A DNA stretch of 64,000 nt. It comes from an uncultured Gammaproteobacteria bacterium. GTDB lineage: Bacteria; Pseudomonadota; Gammaproteobacteria; Steroidobacterales; Steroidobacteraceae. The translations under genes and the position numbers were made by a program. Each line of letters opens with the position of its first letter. The stretch's first letter is position 1. Shown piece after piece: positions 44,227-53,326 of the stretch. Location: positions 122,001 through 186,000 of the forward strand of contig CAVOVV010000005.1 of NCBI GenBank assembly GCA_963699955.1, read 5' to 3'. The notes under the pieces are model-generated. The model saw only the letters and a list, made by a program, of their open reading frames with translations. It had not been told where the DNA came from and did no database searches.

Positions 44227-44769
44227 TTAGCTTCGAGCATTCGCCCGCAGCAGCACCAGCGTGGCGCCGGTGCCGCCATCGCGCATGGCCGCCGAGGTAA
44301 AGGCCAGCACCGGACGCGCGCGGCGCAGCAGCTCATGCACGGTATTTCTGATCACCGGGCCTCGCTGACCGGAACGCAGTCCCTTGCCGTGCACGATGCG
44401 AAGGCATTGCAGACGGCGGGCGAGGGCCGCCAGCAGGAACTCACGCAGCTGCACCCGCGCCTCCGCGAGCCGCATGCCATGCAGATCAATCTCGGCCTCG
44501 ATGCGGAACTCGCCGCGGCGCAGGCGCCGCAGCACGGTCTCCGGGACACCGGGCTGACGGTATTGCGTCGAGTCGCCGGGTTGGATGTCCAGATCGGCGG
44601 CTGGCGGCGCCAGACTCTCGAGCAGCACCGCGGCGCGTTCGGCACGGGTCTGGCGAGCACGCGGCGGGGGCTTGCGCGGCGCGGATTTGGCTCGCGGGGG
44701 CGTCGCAAGCGGTCGCACGCCGCGCATGGCGGCGCGGAAAAGGTCGCGTTCATCGTCCTTGGCGGCCAT
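44227..44769 (-). CDS. Smr-domain protein (SmrA-like endonuclease)
   Basis: The C-terminal IDLHGMRLAEARVQLREFL...LRIVHGKGLRS...GGTGATLVLL is a Smr domain. Confidence 0.75.
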   Translation of the reverse strand: MAAKDDERDLFRAAMRGVRPLATPPRAKSAPRKPPPRARQTRAERAAVLLESLAPPAADLDIQPGDSTQYRQPGVPETVLRRLRRGEFRIEAEIDLHGMRLAEARVQLREFLLAALARRLQCLRIVHGKGLRSGQRGPVIRNTVHELLRRARPVLAFTSAAMRDGGTGATLVLLRANARS

Positions 44770-44841
44770 CTCGCATTCCTCCGGAACCGAGGTTTAAGTA
44801 TATTGGCGCGCCTTCAGTCACGGGGCTCGCCGCTCAAAGAA

Positions 44842-45618
44842 ATGAAAATCCTGATCAGCAACGACGATGGCTATCGATCGGAGGGTATTGCACGGCTGCG
44901 CGCCGCGCTCGCCGAGGTGGCCGACGTCACCGTGGTCGCGCCCGACCGGAACCGTAGCGGGGCGAGCAATTCGCTGACCCTCGATGTGCCGCTGCGGGTG
45001 ACGCAGTCCGAGCCCGGCGTGCACTACGTGACCGGGACGCCGACCGATTGCGTGCATCTTGCGGTCTCCGGACTGTTCGATTTTGATTTCGACATGGCCG
45101 TGAGCGGCGTCAACGATGGGCCCAATCTGGGCGACGACGTGCTGTATTCGGGCACCGTCGCGGCCGCCATCGAAGGCCGGTTTCTCGGTCTGCCCACCTT
45201 GGCGGTCTCGCTGTGCACCGAGCCCGGAGCCGCCCGGCACTTTGAGACCGGGGCGATCGTGGCGCAGCGAATCGTAACCCAGCTGCTTGGCCAGCCGCTC
45301 GATCCGCGCCTGATCCTGAATATCAACGTGCCCGATCTGCCCCTCGGGCAGCTGCGCGGGATCCGCGCCACGCGGCTGGGATTTCGGCACCGCTCGGAGC
45401 CGGCGGTCCCGGTGCGCAACCCGAAGGGCGAAACCATGTACTGGGTGGGTCCGTCGGGGGCGGGCGCGGACGCAGGCGAGGGCACGGATTTTCACGCGGT
45501 GGCCGAAGGCTGGGTGTCGGTGACGCCCCTGTCGATCGATCTGACGCGCCACGCCGCGCTGCCCGAGTTGGGCCAGTGGCTGGCCCGTGTGCCGTTGCTC
45601 GATACGGCCAAGAAGTAA
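44842..45618 (+). CDS. surE: 5'/3'-nucleotidase SurE
   Basis: [30 protein letters not shown]. Start at the internal ATG of the longer track ORF. Confidence 0.9.
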   Translation: MKILISNDDGYRSEGIARLRAALAEVADVTVVAPDRNRSGASNSLTLDVPLRVTQSEPGVHYVTGTPTDCVHLAVSGLFDFDFDMAVSGVNDGPNLGDDVLYSGTVAAAIEGRFLGLPTLAVSLCTEPGAARHFETGAIVAQRIVTQLLGQPLDPRLILNINVPDLPLGQLRGIRATRLGFRHRSEPAVPVRNPKGETMYWVGPSGAGADAGEGTDFHAVAEGWVSVTPLSIDLTRHAALPELGQWLARVPLLDTAKK

Positions 45619-45629
45619 CGGGCCGCACG

Positions 45630-46292
45630 ATGACTGACCCACGCTTCACGGGTATTGGCATGACCTCGCTCCGCACCCGCGACCGGTTGGTGCAGCGGCT
45701 GCGTGACCAGGGCATCACCAATCTGACCGTGCTCGATCGGATTCGGAATCTCCCGCGCCATATTTTCGTCGACGAGGCGATCGCCAGCCGCGCCTATGAG
45801 GACACGGCTCTGCCCATCGGATTCGGCCAGACGATTTCGCAGCCGTTCATCGTGGCACGCATGACCGAGGCGCTGCTGGACGGTCCGCCTCTCAAGCGCT
45901 TGCTCGAAGTGGGCACGGGCTGCGGCTATCAGACCGCGGTGCTGGCGCCGCTGGTGGAGCGCATCTACAGCATCGAACGCATTGCGGGGCTGCAGCACCG
46001 GGCGCGACAGCGACTCAAGGAACTCGACGTGCGCAACGTGCGCTTCAAAGTGGGCGACGGCTCCATCGGCTGGCGGACCCAAGCGCCCTTTGACGGGATC
46101 ATCGTCGCGGCGGCGCCGCTAGTCGTGCCGGAAGAATTGATCGAGCAGCTCGCACCCAACGGTCGCCTGATCGTGCCCGCAGGTCCCGAGGGCAAACAGC
46201 AATTGCTGCGCATCGTGCGCCGGGAGCAGGGTCTGGAACGGCAGGTTCTGGGGTCGGTTTCCTTCGTTCCATTGGTCGGCGGGGTCGGTTAA
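45630..46292 (+). CDS. pcm: Protein-L-isoaspartate O-methyltransferase
   Basis: [30 protein letters not shown] motifs, and the surE-pcm pairing. Confidence 0.9.
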   Translation: MTDPRFTGIGMTSLRTRDRLVQRLRDQGITNLTVLDRIRNLPRHIFVDEAIASRAYEDTALPIGFGQTISQPFIVARMTEALLDGPPLKRLLEVGTGCGYQTAVLAPLVERIYSIERIAGLQHRARQRLKELDVRNVRFKVGDGSIGWRTQAPFDGIIVAAAPLVVPEELIEQLAPNGRLIVPAGPEGKQQLLRIVRREQGLERQVLGSVSFVPLVGGVG

Positions 46293-46358
46293 TGGCATCG
46301 AAACAAGATGAGTAATGGTCTATAACCTTATGATTTAGATATTATAACCTAATGGCAC

Positions 46359-46388
46359 TTGTCAAGCTTAGAAGTGCGCGACTAGTAT
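46359..46388 (+). promoter_or_regulatory. Candidate sigma70-like promoter (TTGTCA-18 nt-TAGTAT) inside the AT-rich intergenic island
   Basis: -35-like hexamer at 46359-46364 and -10-like hexamer at 46383-46388. It is preceded by two 12-nt direct repeats TATAACCT(T/A)ATG at 46321-46332 and 46343-46354. Confidence 0.35.
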
Positions 46389-46394
46389 CGGGCC

Positions 46395-46620
46395 CTGTCG
46401 GTCCGCACCGACAGCCTGCAAATCAAGGGTGCTCAGGCGCACAGGGAGAAGACACAGGGCAACAGGGGAAGAGCTGATTAGTCCACAGAAGAAGAAAAAC
46501 AGTCCGAAAAACAAAAACAAGGCAGTGACAATTATTCGATTCTGTCAGCTTCGGATAGTTGGTTGGTTGAGCGATCTTTCCGCCCTGTGTCTTCTTCCGG
46601 TGCGCTCTGGGCGCACCGGG
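46395..46620 (+). ncRNA. Candidate structured small RNA (family unknown; ends are approximate and the strand is inferred from the promoter-like element only)
   Basis: No credible ORF in the region. 8-bp hairpin at 46395-46414, a 24-bp long-range helix (46437-46460 / 46582-46605), an A-rich unpaired tract at 46485-46520, and a terminal 9-bp hairpin at 46597-46619. Confidence 0.3.
46437..46605. repeat. 24-nt inverted repeat pair flanking a 121-nt AT-rich core
   Basis: gcgcacagggagaagacacagggc (46437-46460) against gccctgtgtcttcttccggtgcgc (46582-46605). Hand alignment gives 22 Watson-Crick pairs, 1 G-T and 1 mismatch. Confidence 0.8.
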
Positions 46621-46640
46621 CCCCGCACCCCGCGGTCCTC

Positions 46641-47009
46641 TTAGGGGAACAGCCCGGCGACGACTTCACGCCGTTCCTGGGCCAGCACGTTGTAGGTACG
46701 GCAGGCCGCGCCGAGATCCATGAGCTCCAAGGCGATGCCGCGCGCTTCGAGCGCGCGCCGCAGCGCACCGCCGGCCGCCGGCACGACGCCATCGGCGCCG
46801 ATGAGCAGGACCTGCGGATGCAGCGCGAGGAGCGGCTCAAGCGCCGCCAGGTCCAGCGCCTGCGCGGATTGCACCGGCCAGTCCGTGATCAGGCGCGCGC
46901 TGCTGACGATGCAGGGTGCGCGGATCGTCTGCCCGCCAATGTTGATTTCGCCACGCGCGTACGAGCGCACGGTCAGTATTTGCGGATCGGAGTCGAGTAC
47001 CAGTCGCAC
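46641..47009 (-). CDS. Mth938-like (DUF498 / NDUFAF3-like) domain protein
   Basis: The C-terminal ~120 aa of the 258-aa track ORF look like this family (RLVLDSDPQILTVRSYARGEINIGG..LLIGADG..MDLGAACRTYNVLAQERREVV). GTG at 47009 is the only plausible in-frame start near the domain boundary. Confidence 0.65.
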   Translation of the reverse strand: MRLVLDSDPQILTVRSYARGEINIGGQTIRAPCIVSSARLITDWPVQSAQALDLAALEPLLALHPQVLLIGADGVVPAAGGALRRALEARGIALELMDLGAACRTYNVLAQERREVVAGLFP

Positions 47010-47027
47010 GGCCGTTACGATACCACC

Positions 47028-48074
47028 GTGCCTCGACTCATCCTTGTCCTCCGCGACCTGTACCCCGCGCGCCTGAGCGAGGCGGCGCGCGCCACGCTCC
47101 CTCGCCTGCCGGAACTCGAACGTTGGCTCGCGCAAGGGGAGACCGATCTGGCCGCCGGCGACTGGCGCCAGTGGCTGCAACGGGAAGCCCGCGGCCCCGC
47201 CGCTCGTGGGGTTCCGCCCGCATCGATCGCTGGCGCGGCGGTGTCGGGCGTGCCCGCGGGAGTGCCGGTGTGGTTTGCGAGCCCTATCCACTTGGTCGCC
47301 GGACTCGACACGGTGCGCGTGCATCCGGCCGGACTGCTGCAGCTGAGCAGCGAGGATCAGTGCCTGCTGGAGCGGGATTTCATGACCGTTTTTGCCCACT
47401 CGGGCTGGTCCCTGCACGCGACCGGCCGGCGTGAGCTGCTGCTGGCGGGAGGTCCAGCGCTCCAGCCGGACAGCGTGCGCAGCCAGGATCCGGCGCTATG
47501 GCTGGGAGCGGATCCGCGCGAAGGGCTGCCCGCCGGCCCGGCCGCGGGTACGCTGCGCCGCCTCGGCGCGGAAATGGAAATGTGGCTCCATGAGCACCCG
47601 ATCAACGAGGCGCGCCGCGCGCGTGGCACGCCGGCGGCCAACGCCGTGTGGATCTGGGGCGGGGGCCGCCCCGCGCTCTCGGTATCCGCGAACGCTGTGT
47701 CGAAGCCCAGCGGCGCTGCGGTAGCATGGGCCGACGACCTGTTCGTGGATGGACTGGCGCGGCTTGAGGGCTTCGCAGTCGGGCCGCTGCCGCCGCGCTG
47801 GCCGCCATCGACGAACGCGAATCGCGTGCCGGAGGCCGACGTGCTGGCAGTCTGCGGGTTGGGCGCCGATGCCAGTGAGACGGCTCTCGAGGGGCTGGAG
47901 CGCGACTGGGTCGCACCGGCGCTCGAGCACTGGCGAGCGGTGCAATGGCACAGCGCAACGCTCCTGGTCGGCGCGCGCGCCGTGACGCTCGCGCGCGGGC
48001 CGTGGCGCTCCCTGTGGCGCCGGTTCAGACGACCTCAACCCTGGTGGGAGACCTTGTTGCAGTGCTCACGGTAG
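47028..48074 (+). CDS. Conserved hypothetical protein, possibly an RpfE-type regulatory protein (recJ-linked)
   Basis: The GTG start gives VPRLILVLRDLYPARLSEAARATLPRLPELERWLA... The upstream part of the 503-aa track ORF is antisense to the Mth938-like gene. Its position immediately upstream of recJ-prfB-lysS recalls the Xanthomonas rpfE neighbourhood. The assignment is from memory. Confidence 0.5.
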   Translation: MPRLILVLRDLYPARLSEAARATLPRLPELERWLAQGETDLAAGDWRQWLQREARGPAARGVPPASIAGAAVSGVPAGVPVWFASPIHLVAGLDTVRVHPAGLLQLSSEDQCLLERDFMTVFAHSGWSLHATGRRELLLAGGPALQPDSVRSQDPALWLGADPREGLPAGPAAGTLRRLGAEMEMWLHEHPINEARRARGTPAANAVWIWGGGRPALSVSANAVSKPSGAAVAWADDLFVDGLARLEGFAVGPLPPRWPPSTNANRVPEADVLAVCGLGADASETALEGLERDWVAPALEHWRAVQWHSATLLVGARAVTLARGPWRSLWRRFRRPQPWWETLLQCSR

Positions 48075-49783
48075 TTCGACGCGAGGTGCCTGCCGGTGCC
48101 GAGGCCCTGGGCGCGGACCTGCACCCCGTGCTGCGGCGCGTGTACGCCGCGCGCGGCCTGCGCACCCACGAGGAGTTGAATCTCGCACTTGAGCGCCTGG
48201 CGCCAATCGGAAGTCTGGAGGGGACCGACGCGGCCGCGCGGCTCCTGCGTCGGCATCGGGACGGCCGGGTGCTGGTGGTGGGCGATTTTGACGCGGACGG
48301 CGCCACCAGCACCGCACTGGTGCTGCGCGCGCTGCGCGGCTTCGGGTTCGCGGCGGTTGATTTCCTGGTGCCCAATCGCTTCGAGTACGGCTACGGGCTG
48401 ACGCCTGAAATCGTCGCGGTGGCCGCCGAGCGGGCTCCCACACTGATCATCACGGTCGACAACGGCATCTCGAGCCACGCCGGGGTCGCAGCCGCGCGCG
48501 CGCGCGGCATCGAGGTGCTGATCACGGATCATCATCTGCCCGGGCCGCAGCTTCCCGAGGCCAACGTGATCGTCAATCCCAACCTGCCGGGCACGGGCTT
48601 TGTCAGCGGTGCGCTCGCCGGAGTAGGGGTGGCCTTCTACGTGTGCGCTGCCCTGCGCCGTACGCTCGAGACGGAGGGCGATCTGCCCCCCGGCGCACCG
48701 TCCGTGGCCTCGTTTCTTGACCTGGTGGCCCTAGGCACGGTGGCCGATGTCGTGCCGCTCGATGCCAACAATCGCGTGCTGGTGGCCCAAGGCGTGGCCC
48801 GAATCCGCGCTGGGCGCTGCGTGCCGGGCATCAGCGCATTGTTGAGCGTGGCGCGCCGCGCGCAAAGCGAACTGGTGAGCAGCGACCTTGGATTTGCCGT
48901 CGCACCGCGGCTCAACGCGGCGGGACGCCTGACCGACATGTCGATCGGGATCCGCTGCCTGCTCGCGGACGATCCGAACGAGGCACGCCGGCTCGCCGCC
49001 GAGCTCGATGCGCTCAATGCGCAGCGGCGCGAGATCGAGGCCGACATGCAGCTGCAGGCCCTGTCGGCGGTGCGCGCGCTGCGCGATGAGCGCAGCGGGC
49101 CGAAGCGCTCGGGCGTGTGCCTGTTTGACGCCGCCTGGCACCAGGGCGTGGTGGGATTGGTGGCCGGTCGCGTCAAGGAACAGTTGCGTCGCCCGGTCGT
49201 GGCCTTCGCACTGGCCGACGAGCGCAACCTGCGCGGCTCGGCGCGCTCCGTGGCGGGCGTGCATATCCGCGACGTGCTCGCCGCCATCGCCACGCGCGAA
49301 CCCGGGATGCTGGAGAAATTCGGCGGCCATGCCATGGCTGCGGGTCTGAGTCTGCCGCGATCGCATCTGGATCGTTTTGCACGCGCCTTCGACGCCGAGG
49401 TGGCGCGGGCGATGGCCCACAGCGCACTGCACGATGCCATCGAAACCGACGGCGAACTTCAACCCGAGGACATCGCATTGCCCTTGGCGAACGCGCTGCG
49501 CGCCGGCGGACCCTGGGGCGCGGCATTTGCCGAGCCGTTGTTCGACGGAGTATTCGAGGTGCGCGGCACGCCGCGAGTGTTGGGCGAGCGGCATCTGAAG
49601 TTCCAGGTCTCGGCCCGCGAAGGCCGGGGCGGATTTGAAGCCATCGCGTTTAACAAGGTCGACCCGCAGCATCCAGCCCCCCTGCCGACGGGCCAGGTGC
49701 GGCTGATCTACCGCCTGGGCACCAACGACTACCAGGGCGAGCTGCGGTTGCAGTTGGTGGTCGAGCACCTGCTGGCGCCCTAG
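48062..49783 (+). CDS. recJ: Single-stranded-DNA-specific exonuclease RecJ
   Basis: VVRREV..LHPVLRRVYAARGL matches the E. coli RecJ N-terminus. DHH motifs (VVGDFDADGATS, ITDHH) and DHHA1 (GGHAMAAG) are present. GTG start chosen. Confidence 0.9.
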   Translation: MLTVVRREVPAGAEALGADLHPVLRRVYAARGLRTHEELNLALERLAPIGSLEGTDAAARLLRRHRDGRVLVVGDFDADGATSTALVLRALRGFGFAAVDFLVPNRFEYGYGLTPEIVAVAAERAPTLIITVDNGISSHAGVAAARARGIEVLITDHHLPGPQLPEANVIVNPNLPGTGFVSGALAGVGVAFYVCAALRRTLETEGDLPPGAPSVASFLDLVALGTVADVVPLDANNRVLVAQGVARIRAGRCVPGISALLSVARRAQSELVSSDLGFAVAPRLNAAGRLTDMSIGIRCLLADDPNEARRLAAELDALNAQRREIEADMQLQALSAVRALRDERSGPKRSGVCLFDAAWHQGVVGLVAGRVKEQLRRPVVAFALADERNLRGSARSVAGVHIRDVLAAIATREPGMLEKFGGHAMAAGLSLPRSHLDRFARAFDAEVARAMAHSALHDAIETDGELQPEDIALPLANALRAGGPWGAAFAEPLFDGVFEVRGTPRVLGERHLKFQVSAREGRGGFEAIAFNKVDPQHPAPLPTGQVRLIYRLGTNDYQGELRLQLVVEHLLAP

Positions 49784-49836
49784 AGGGGCTCCGGGCCCGT
49801 GCTACCATGGGTGTCCTAAAAATTGCGGATCGGGCG

Positions 49837-50932
49837 ATGGAAATCACACAACTCAGACGGGCATTGACAGATCTCGAGGAGCGCGCGCTGTCCTTGAGGG
49901 GGTTCCTTTGAGTACGACCGCAAGCGCGAGCGCCTGGAAGAAGTCAGCCGGGAGCTGGAAGAGCAGGCCGTGTGGAGCCAACCTGAGCGCGCCCAGGAAC
50001 TGGGCCGGGAACGCGCCCGCCTAGGCGCAGAGCTCGGCGAAATGGATCGCGTCTCGGGCTCGGTGCATGCCGCACTCGAGCTGCTGGAACTCGCCGAAGC
50101 CGAGAACGATGAGTCTACGGCGAACGACCTCGAGCGCGAGCGGCCGAAATTCGAGGCCAGCGTGCGCGCACTCGAGTTCAAGCGCATGTTTCGCGGCGAG
50201 ATGGACTCGCACAGCGCGTTCCTGGACATTCAGGCGGGCGCGGGGGGAACCGAGGCGCAGGACTGGGCGCAGATGCTGTTGCGCATGTACCTCAAGTGGG
50301 CCGTCACCCGCGGCTATTCCGCCGAAGTGATCGACTCCAACCCTGGAGAAGTCGCCGGGCTGAAATCAGCCACCGTCGAGGTCGAGGGCGAGTACGCCTA
50401 CGGATGGCTGCGCACCGAGACCGGCGTGCACCGCCTGGTGCGCAAATCGCCGTTTGACTCCGGTAACCGCCGCCACACCTCGTTCGCGTCGGTATTTGTG
50501 TCGCCCGAGATCGACGATGACATTGCCATCGACATCAACCCGGCGGACCTGCGCACCGATACCTATCGCTCCAGCGGCGCGGGCGGCCAGCACGTCAACA
50601 AGACCGAATCCGCGGTGCGCATCACGCACCTGCCGAGCGGCATCATCGTGGCCTGCCAGAATGAGCGCAGCCAGCACAAGAACCGCGCCACCGCCATGAA
50701 GATGCTCAAGGCCAAGCTCTACGAGCTGGAGGTCAACAAGCGCAATGCCGCGGCCAAGGTGCTCGAAGACTCCAAATCGGACGTCAGTTGGGGCAATCAG
50801 ATCCGCTCCTACGTGCTTGATCAGTCACGCATTAAGGATCTGCGCACCGGGGTCGAGGTGGGCAACACCGGCTCGGTGCTCGATGGGGCACTCGATCAGT
50901 TCATGGAAGCCAGTCTCAAGGCCGGACTGTGA
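49837..50932 (+). CDS. prfB: Peptide chain release factor 2, requiring a programmed +1 frameshift (49837..49908 joined to 49910..50932)
   Basis: ORF0 is [24 protein letters not shown] followed by TGA. The +1 frame continues [34 protein letters not shown]... with the SPF and GGQ motifs ([19 protein letters not shown]). Confidence 0.9.
49897..49912 (+). promoter_or_regulatory. prfB +1 frameshift site: internal SD-like AGGGGG followed by CTT TGA G
   Basis: AGGGGG at 49897-49902, CTT at 49906-49908 and in-frame TGA at 49909-49911. The layout matches the E. coli AGG GGG TAT CTT TGA C site. Confidence 0.85.
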
Positions 50933-52455
50933 ACGGCCCCACGCAAGAATCCGCAGCGAGCGGCGCGAGCCCCGAACCGGTCGATGAGAACCGGTTGATC
51001 GCCGAGCGGCGTGCCAAGCTCACTGCGCTGCGGCTGCGAGGCCAGGCCTACCCGAACGAGTTCCGGCGCGACGCGCTGGCGGCGGAGTTGCACAGCGCCT
51101 ACGCCGAGTGCGACGCCGCCTGGTTAGAGGCCAACCCGGTGCAGGTGCGGGTCGGCGGCCGCATGATGCTCAAGCGCGTGATGGGCAAGGCGAGCTTCGC
51201 CAAGCTCGCGGACCGCAGCGGCTCGATCCAGCTGTTCCTGCAGGAAAGTGCGCTGGGCGAGGTCTACGAGGCCTTCAAGGACTTCGATGTCGGCGACATA
51301 CTCGGGGCCCGCGGGCCGCTGTTCCGCACCAAGACCGGGGAATTGTCGGTCCGCGTCTCCGGGCTGAAGCTGCTCGCCAAATCCCTGCGGCCGCTCCCCG
51401 ACAAGTGGCACGGGCTCAGCGACACCGAGACGCGCTATCGCATGCGCTATGTCGACCTGCTGATGAGCGAGTCCAGCCGCGCGGTGTTCCGCAGCCGCAG
51501 CGCCATCATCCGCTACCTGCGCGACGCACTCGACGCGCTCGACTTTCTCGAGGTCGAGACGCCGATGATGCAACCGATTCCGGGCGGTGCTGCCGCGCGG
51601 CCCTTTGTCTCGCACCACAACGCGCTCGACCAGAGGATGTACCTGCGGATCGCTCCCGAGCTTTATCTGAAGCGCCTGATCGTCGGTGGGCTTGAGCGGG
51701 TCTACGAGATCAACCGAAATTTCCGCAACGAAGGCCTCTCTACGCAGCACAACCCGGAATTCACGATGCTCGAGCTGTACTGGGCGTACAGCGACTACCG
51801 CGAACTCATGGATCTCATCGAGCGGCTGCTCCATGGGCTGCTCGACGCGCTGCTCGGCACGCGCGTCGTTCGCTACCAGGGGCGCGATTACGACCTCGGC
51901 AAACCCTTCCGCCGGGTGACGGTCGAGGCGCTGATCATCGAGCACAATCCGCAGCTCGACCGCGGCCGACTGCGCGAGCTGCCCTACCTGCGTTCCGCCT
52001 GCGAGCGGCTCGGCATCCCGTTCAGGCCGGGCGACGGCGCGGGCAAGCTGCAGATCGAGATTTTCGAAAAAACCGGCGAGCACCACCTGCTCGAGCCAAC
52101 CTTCGTGCATGCCTATCCGGCGGAAGTCTCCCCGCTCTCGCGCGCCAATGACCTCGATCCGTTCCTCACCGATCGCTTTGAGTTCTTCGTGGCCGGCCGC
52201 GAACTCGCCAACGGCTTTTCCGAGCTCAACGACCCGGAGGATCAGGCGGCGCGATTCCGGGCGCAGGCCGCGCGTCACGACGCGGGGGACGACGAGGCCA
52301 TGCATTACGACGCCGATTACATCCGTGCGCTCGAGTACGGCATGCCGCCGACGGCCGGGTTGGGTCTCGGCGTCGATCGGCTGGTGATGCTGCTGACCGA
52401 TTCGCCCTCGATACGCGACGTGTTGCTGTTCCCGCAGCTGCGCCCGGAAAGTTAG
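50929..52455 (+). CDS. lysS: Lysine--tRNA ligase (class II)
   Basis: 508 aa with an OB anticodon-binding domain and class II motifs ([25 protein letters not shown]). The GTG start overlaps the prfB stop. Confidence 0.95.
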   Translation: MNGPTQESAASGASPEPVDENRLIAERRAKLTALRLRGQAYPNEFRRDALAAELHSAYAECDAAWLEANPVQVRVGGRMMLKRVMGKASFAKLADRSGSIQLFLQESALGEVYEAFKDFDVGDILGARGPLFRTKTGELSVRVSGLKLLAKSLRPLPDKWHGLSDTETRYRMRYVDLLMSESSRAVFRSRSAIIRYLRDALDALDFLEVETPMMQPIPGGAAARPFVSHHNALDQRMYLRIAPELYLKRLIVGGLERVYEINRNFRNEGLSTQHNPEFTMLELYWAYSDYRELMDLIERLLHGLLDALLGTRVVRYQGRDYDLGKPFRRVTVEALIIEHNPQLDRGRLRELPYLRSACERLGIPFRPGDGAGKLQIEIFEKTGEHHLLEPTFVHAYPAEVSPLSRANDLDPFLTDRFEFFVAGRELANGFSELNDPEDQAARFRAQAARHDAGDDEAMHYDADYIRALEYGMPPTAGLGLGVDRLVMLLTDSPSIRDVLLFPQLRPES

Positions 52456-52465
52456 GGCGCCGCCC

Positions 52466-53317
52466 GTGGCCGCACCCGCAGCCCGGCCCGCGCCCGGGCA
52501 ACCCATCGGTGTCTTCGATTCGGGGGTCGGCGGCCTGACGGTATTGCATGCGCTGCGCTCGATCCTGCCGGCCGAGTCCTTTGTGTACCTCGGCGACACG
52601 GCACGGCTCCCTTACGGCACGAAGAGCGCCCACACCGTGATCCGCTACGCGCTGCAGGCTGCCGACGTGCTGGTGGCGCGCCACATCAAGTGCCTGGTGG
52701 TCGCCTGCAACACAGCCTCGGCGGCGGCCCTGCATGCCATGCGCGAGCGCTATGAAGGCCTGCCGGTCATTGGCGTCATCGAGCCCGGGGCGCGCGCGGC
52801 CTGCGCGGCCTCGCTCAGCGGCCGCATGGTCGTGCTCGCTACCGAAAGCACCGTGCGCGGTGGCGCCTACCAGCAGGCCATCGCGCGCATCCGGCCCGCT
52901 GCCGAGGTGTCGGCGATCGCCTGCGGCCTGTTCGTGGCCCTGGCCGAGGAAGGCTGGGTGGATGAACCGATCACCGCGCAGGTGGCGCAGCGCTACCTGG
53001 CGCCACTGCGCGCCGAGACGGGAAAGCGTGTGGATACGCTGGTGCTCGGCTGCACGCACTTCCCGCTGCTCAAGTCCGCGATCGCCGCCGCCGCTGGAGC
53101 GGATGTGCAGATTGTCGATTCCGCGGACACCACCGCGCATACCGTACGGACGGCGTTGGCGCAGCATTCGCTCCTGCAGCCGGCGCACGCCGCGGCGGCC
53201 GGCACGGCGCAGCTGCGCTTCCTGGCCACCGACGGCATCGAGCGTTTCGCCCATGTCGGCGGGCGCTTCCTGGGCACGCCCATCGGCGCCGAGAGCGTCG
53301 AGCTGGTCGATTTCTAG
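52466..53317 (+). CDS. murI: Glutamate racemase
   Basis: IGVFDSGVGGLTVL, ACNTASA and LGCTHFPLL motifs. Confidence 0.9.
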   Translation: MAAPAARPAPGQPIGVFDSGVGGLTVLHALRSILPAESFVYLGDTARLPYGTKSAHTVIRYALQAADVLVARHIKCLVVACNTASAAALHAMRERYEGLPVIGVIEPGARAACAASLSGRMVVLATESTVRGGAYQQAIARIRPAAEVSAIACGLFVALAEEGWVDEPITAQVAQRYLAPLRAETGKRVDTLVLGCTHFPLLKSAIAAAAGADVQIVDSADTTAHTVRTALAQHSLLQPAHAAAAGTAQLRFLATDGIERFAHVGGRFLGTPIGAESVELVDF

Positions 53318-53326
53318 GCCGGCGCG

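Noticed and set aside
46437-46605. MITE or IS remnant as the explanation for the 24-nt inverted repeats
   Set aside because: I could find no target-site duplication flanking the arms, no second copy of the arms elsewhere in the window, and no transposase gene. This is not excluded genome-wide, so it is kept as the alternative hypothesis in the finding.
46395-46620. Identity of the candidate RNA with known housekeeping or regulatory RNAs (6S, 4.5S/SRP, tmRNA, RNase P, CsrB/Rsm sponges)
   Set aside because: Compared from memory only. There is no tmRNA or RNase P conserved core. CAAGGCAGUGAC resembles part of SRP RNA, but the GGAAG/AGCA domain IV motif is absent. The interior cannot form the extended imperfect duplex of 6S RNA. 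The ACAGGG motifs are GGG rather than the GGA-in-loop motifs of Csr sponges, and mostly lie within the helix arm. The family is therefore left unassigned.
46429-46644. 71-aa ORF (MLRRTGRRHRATGEELISPQKKKNSPKNKNK...) inside the AT-rich island
   Set aside because: There is no Shine-Dalgarno-like sequence in front. The start is non-ATG, the first half is a lysine-rich translation of an A-rich tract, and the ORF runs through the hairpin arms. It fits non-coding RNA better than a peptide. A small protein cannot be fully excluded without Ribo-seq.
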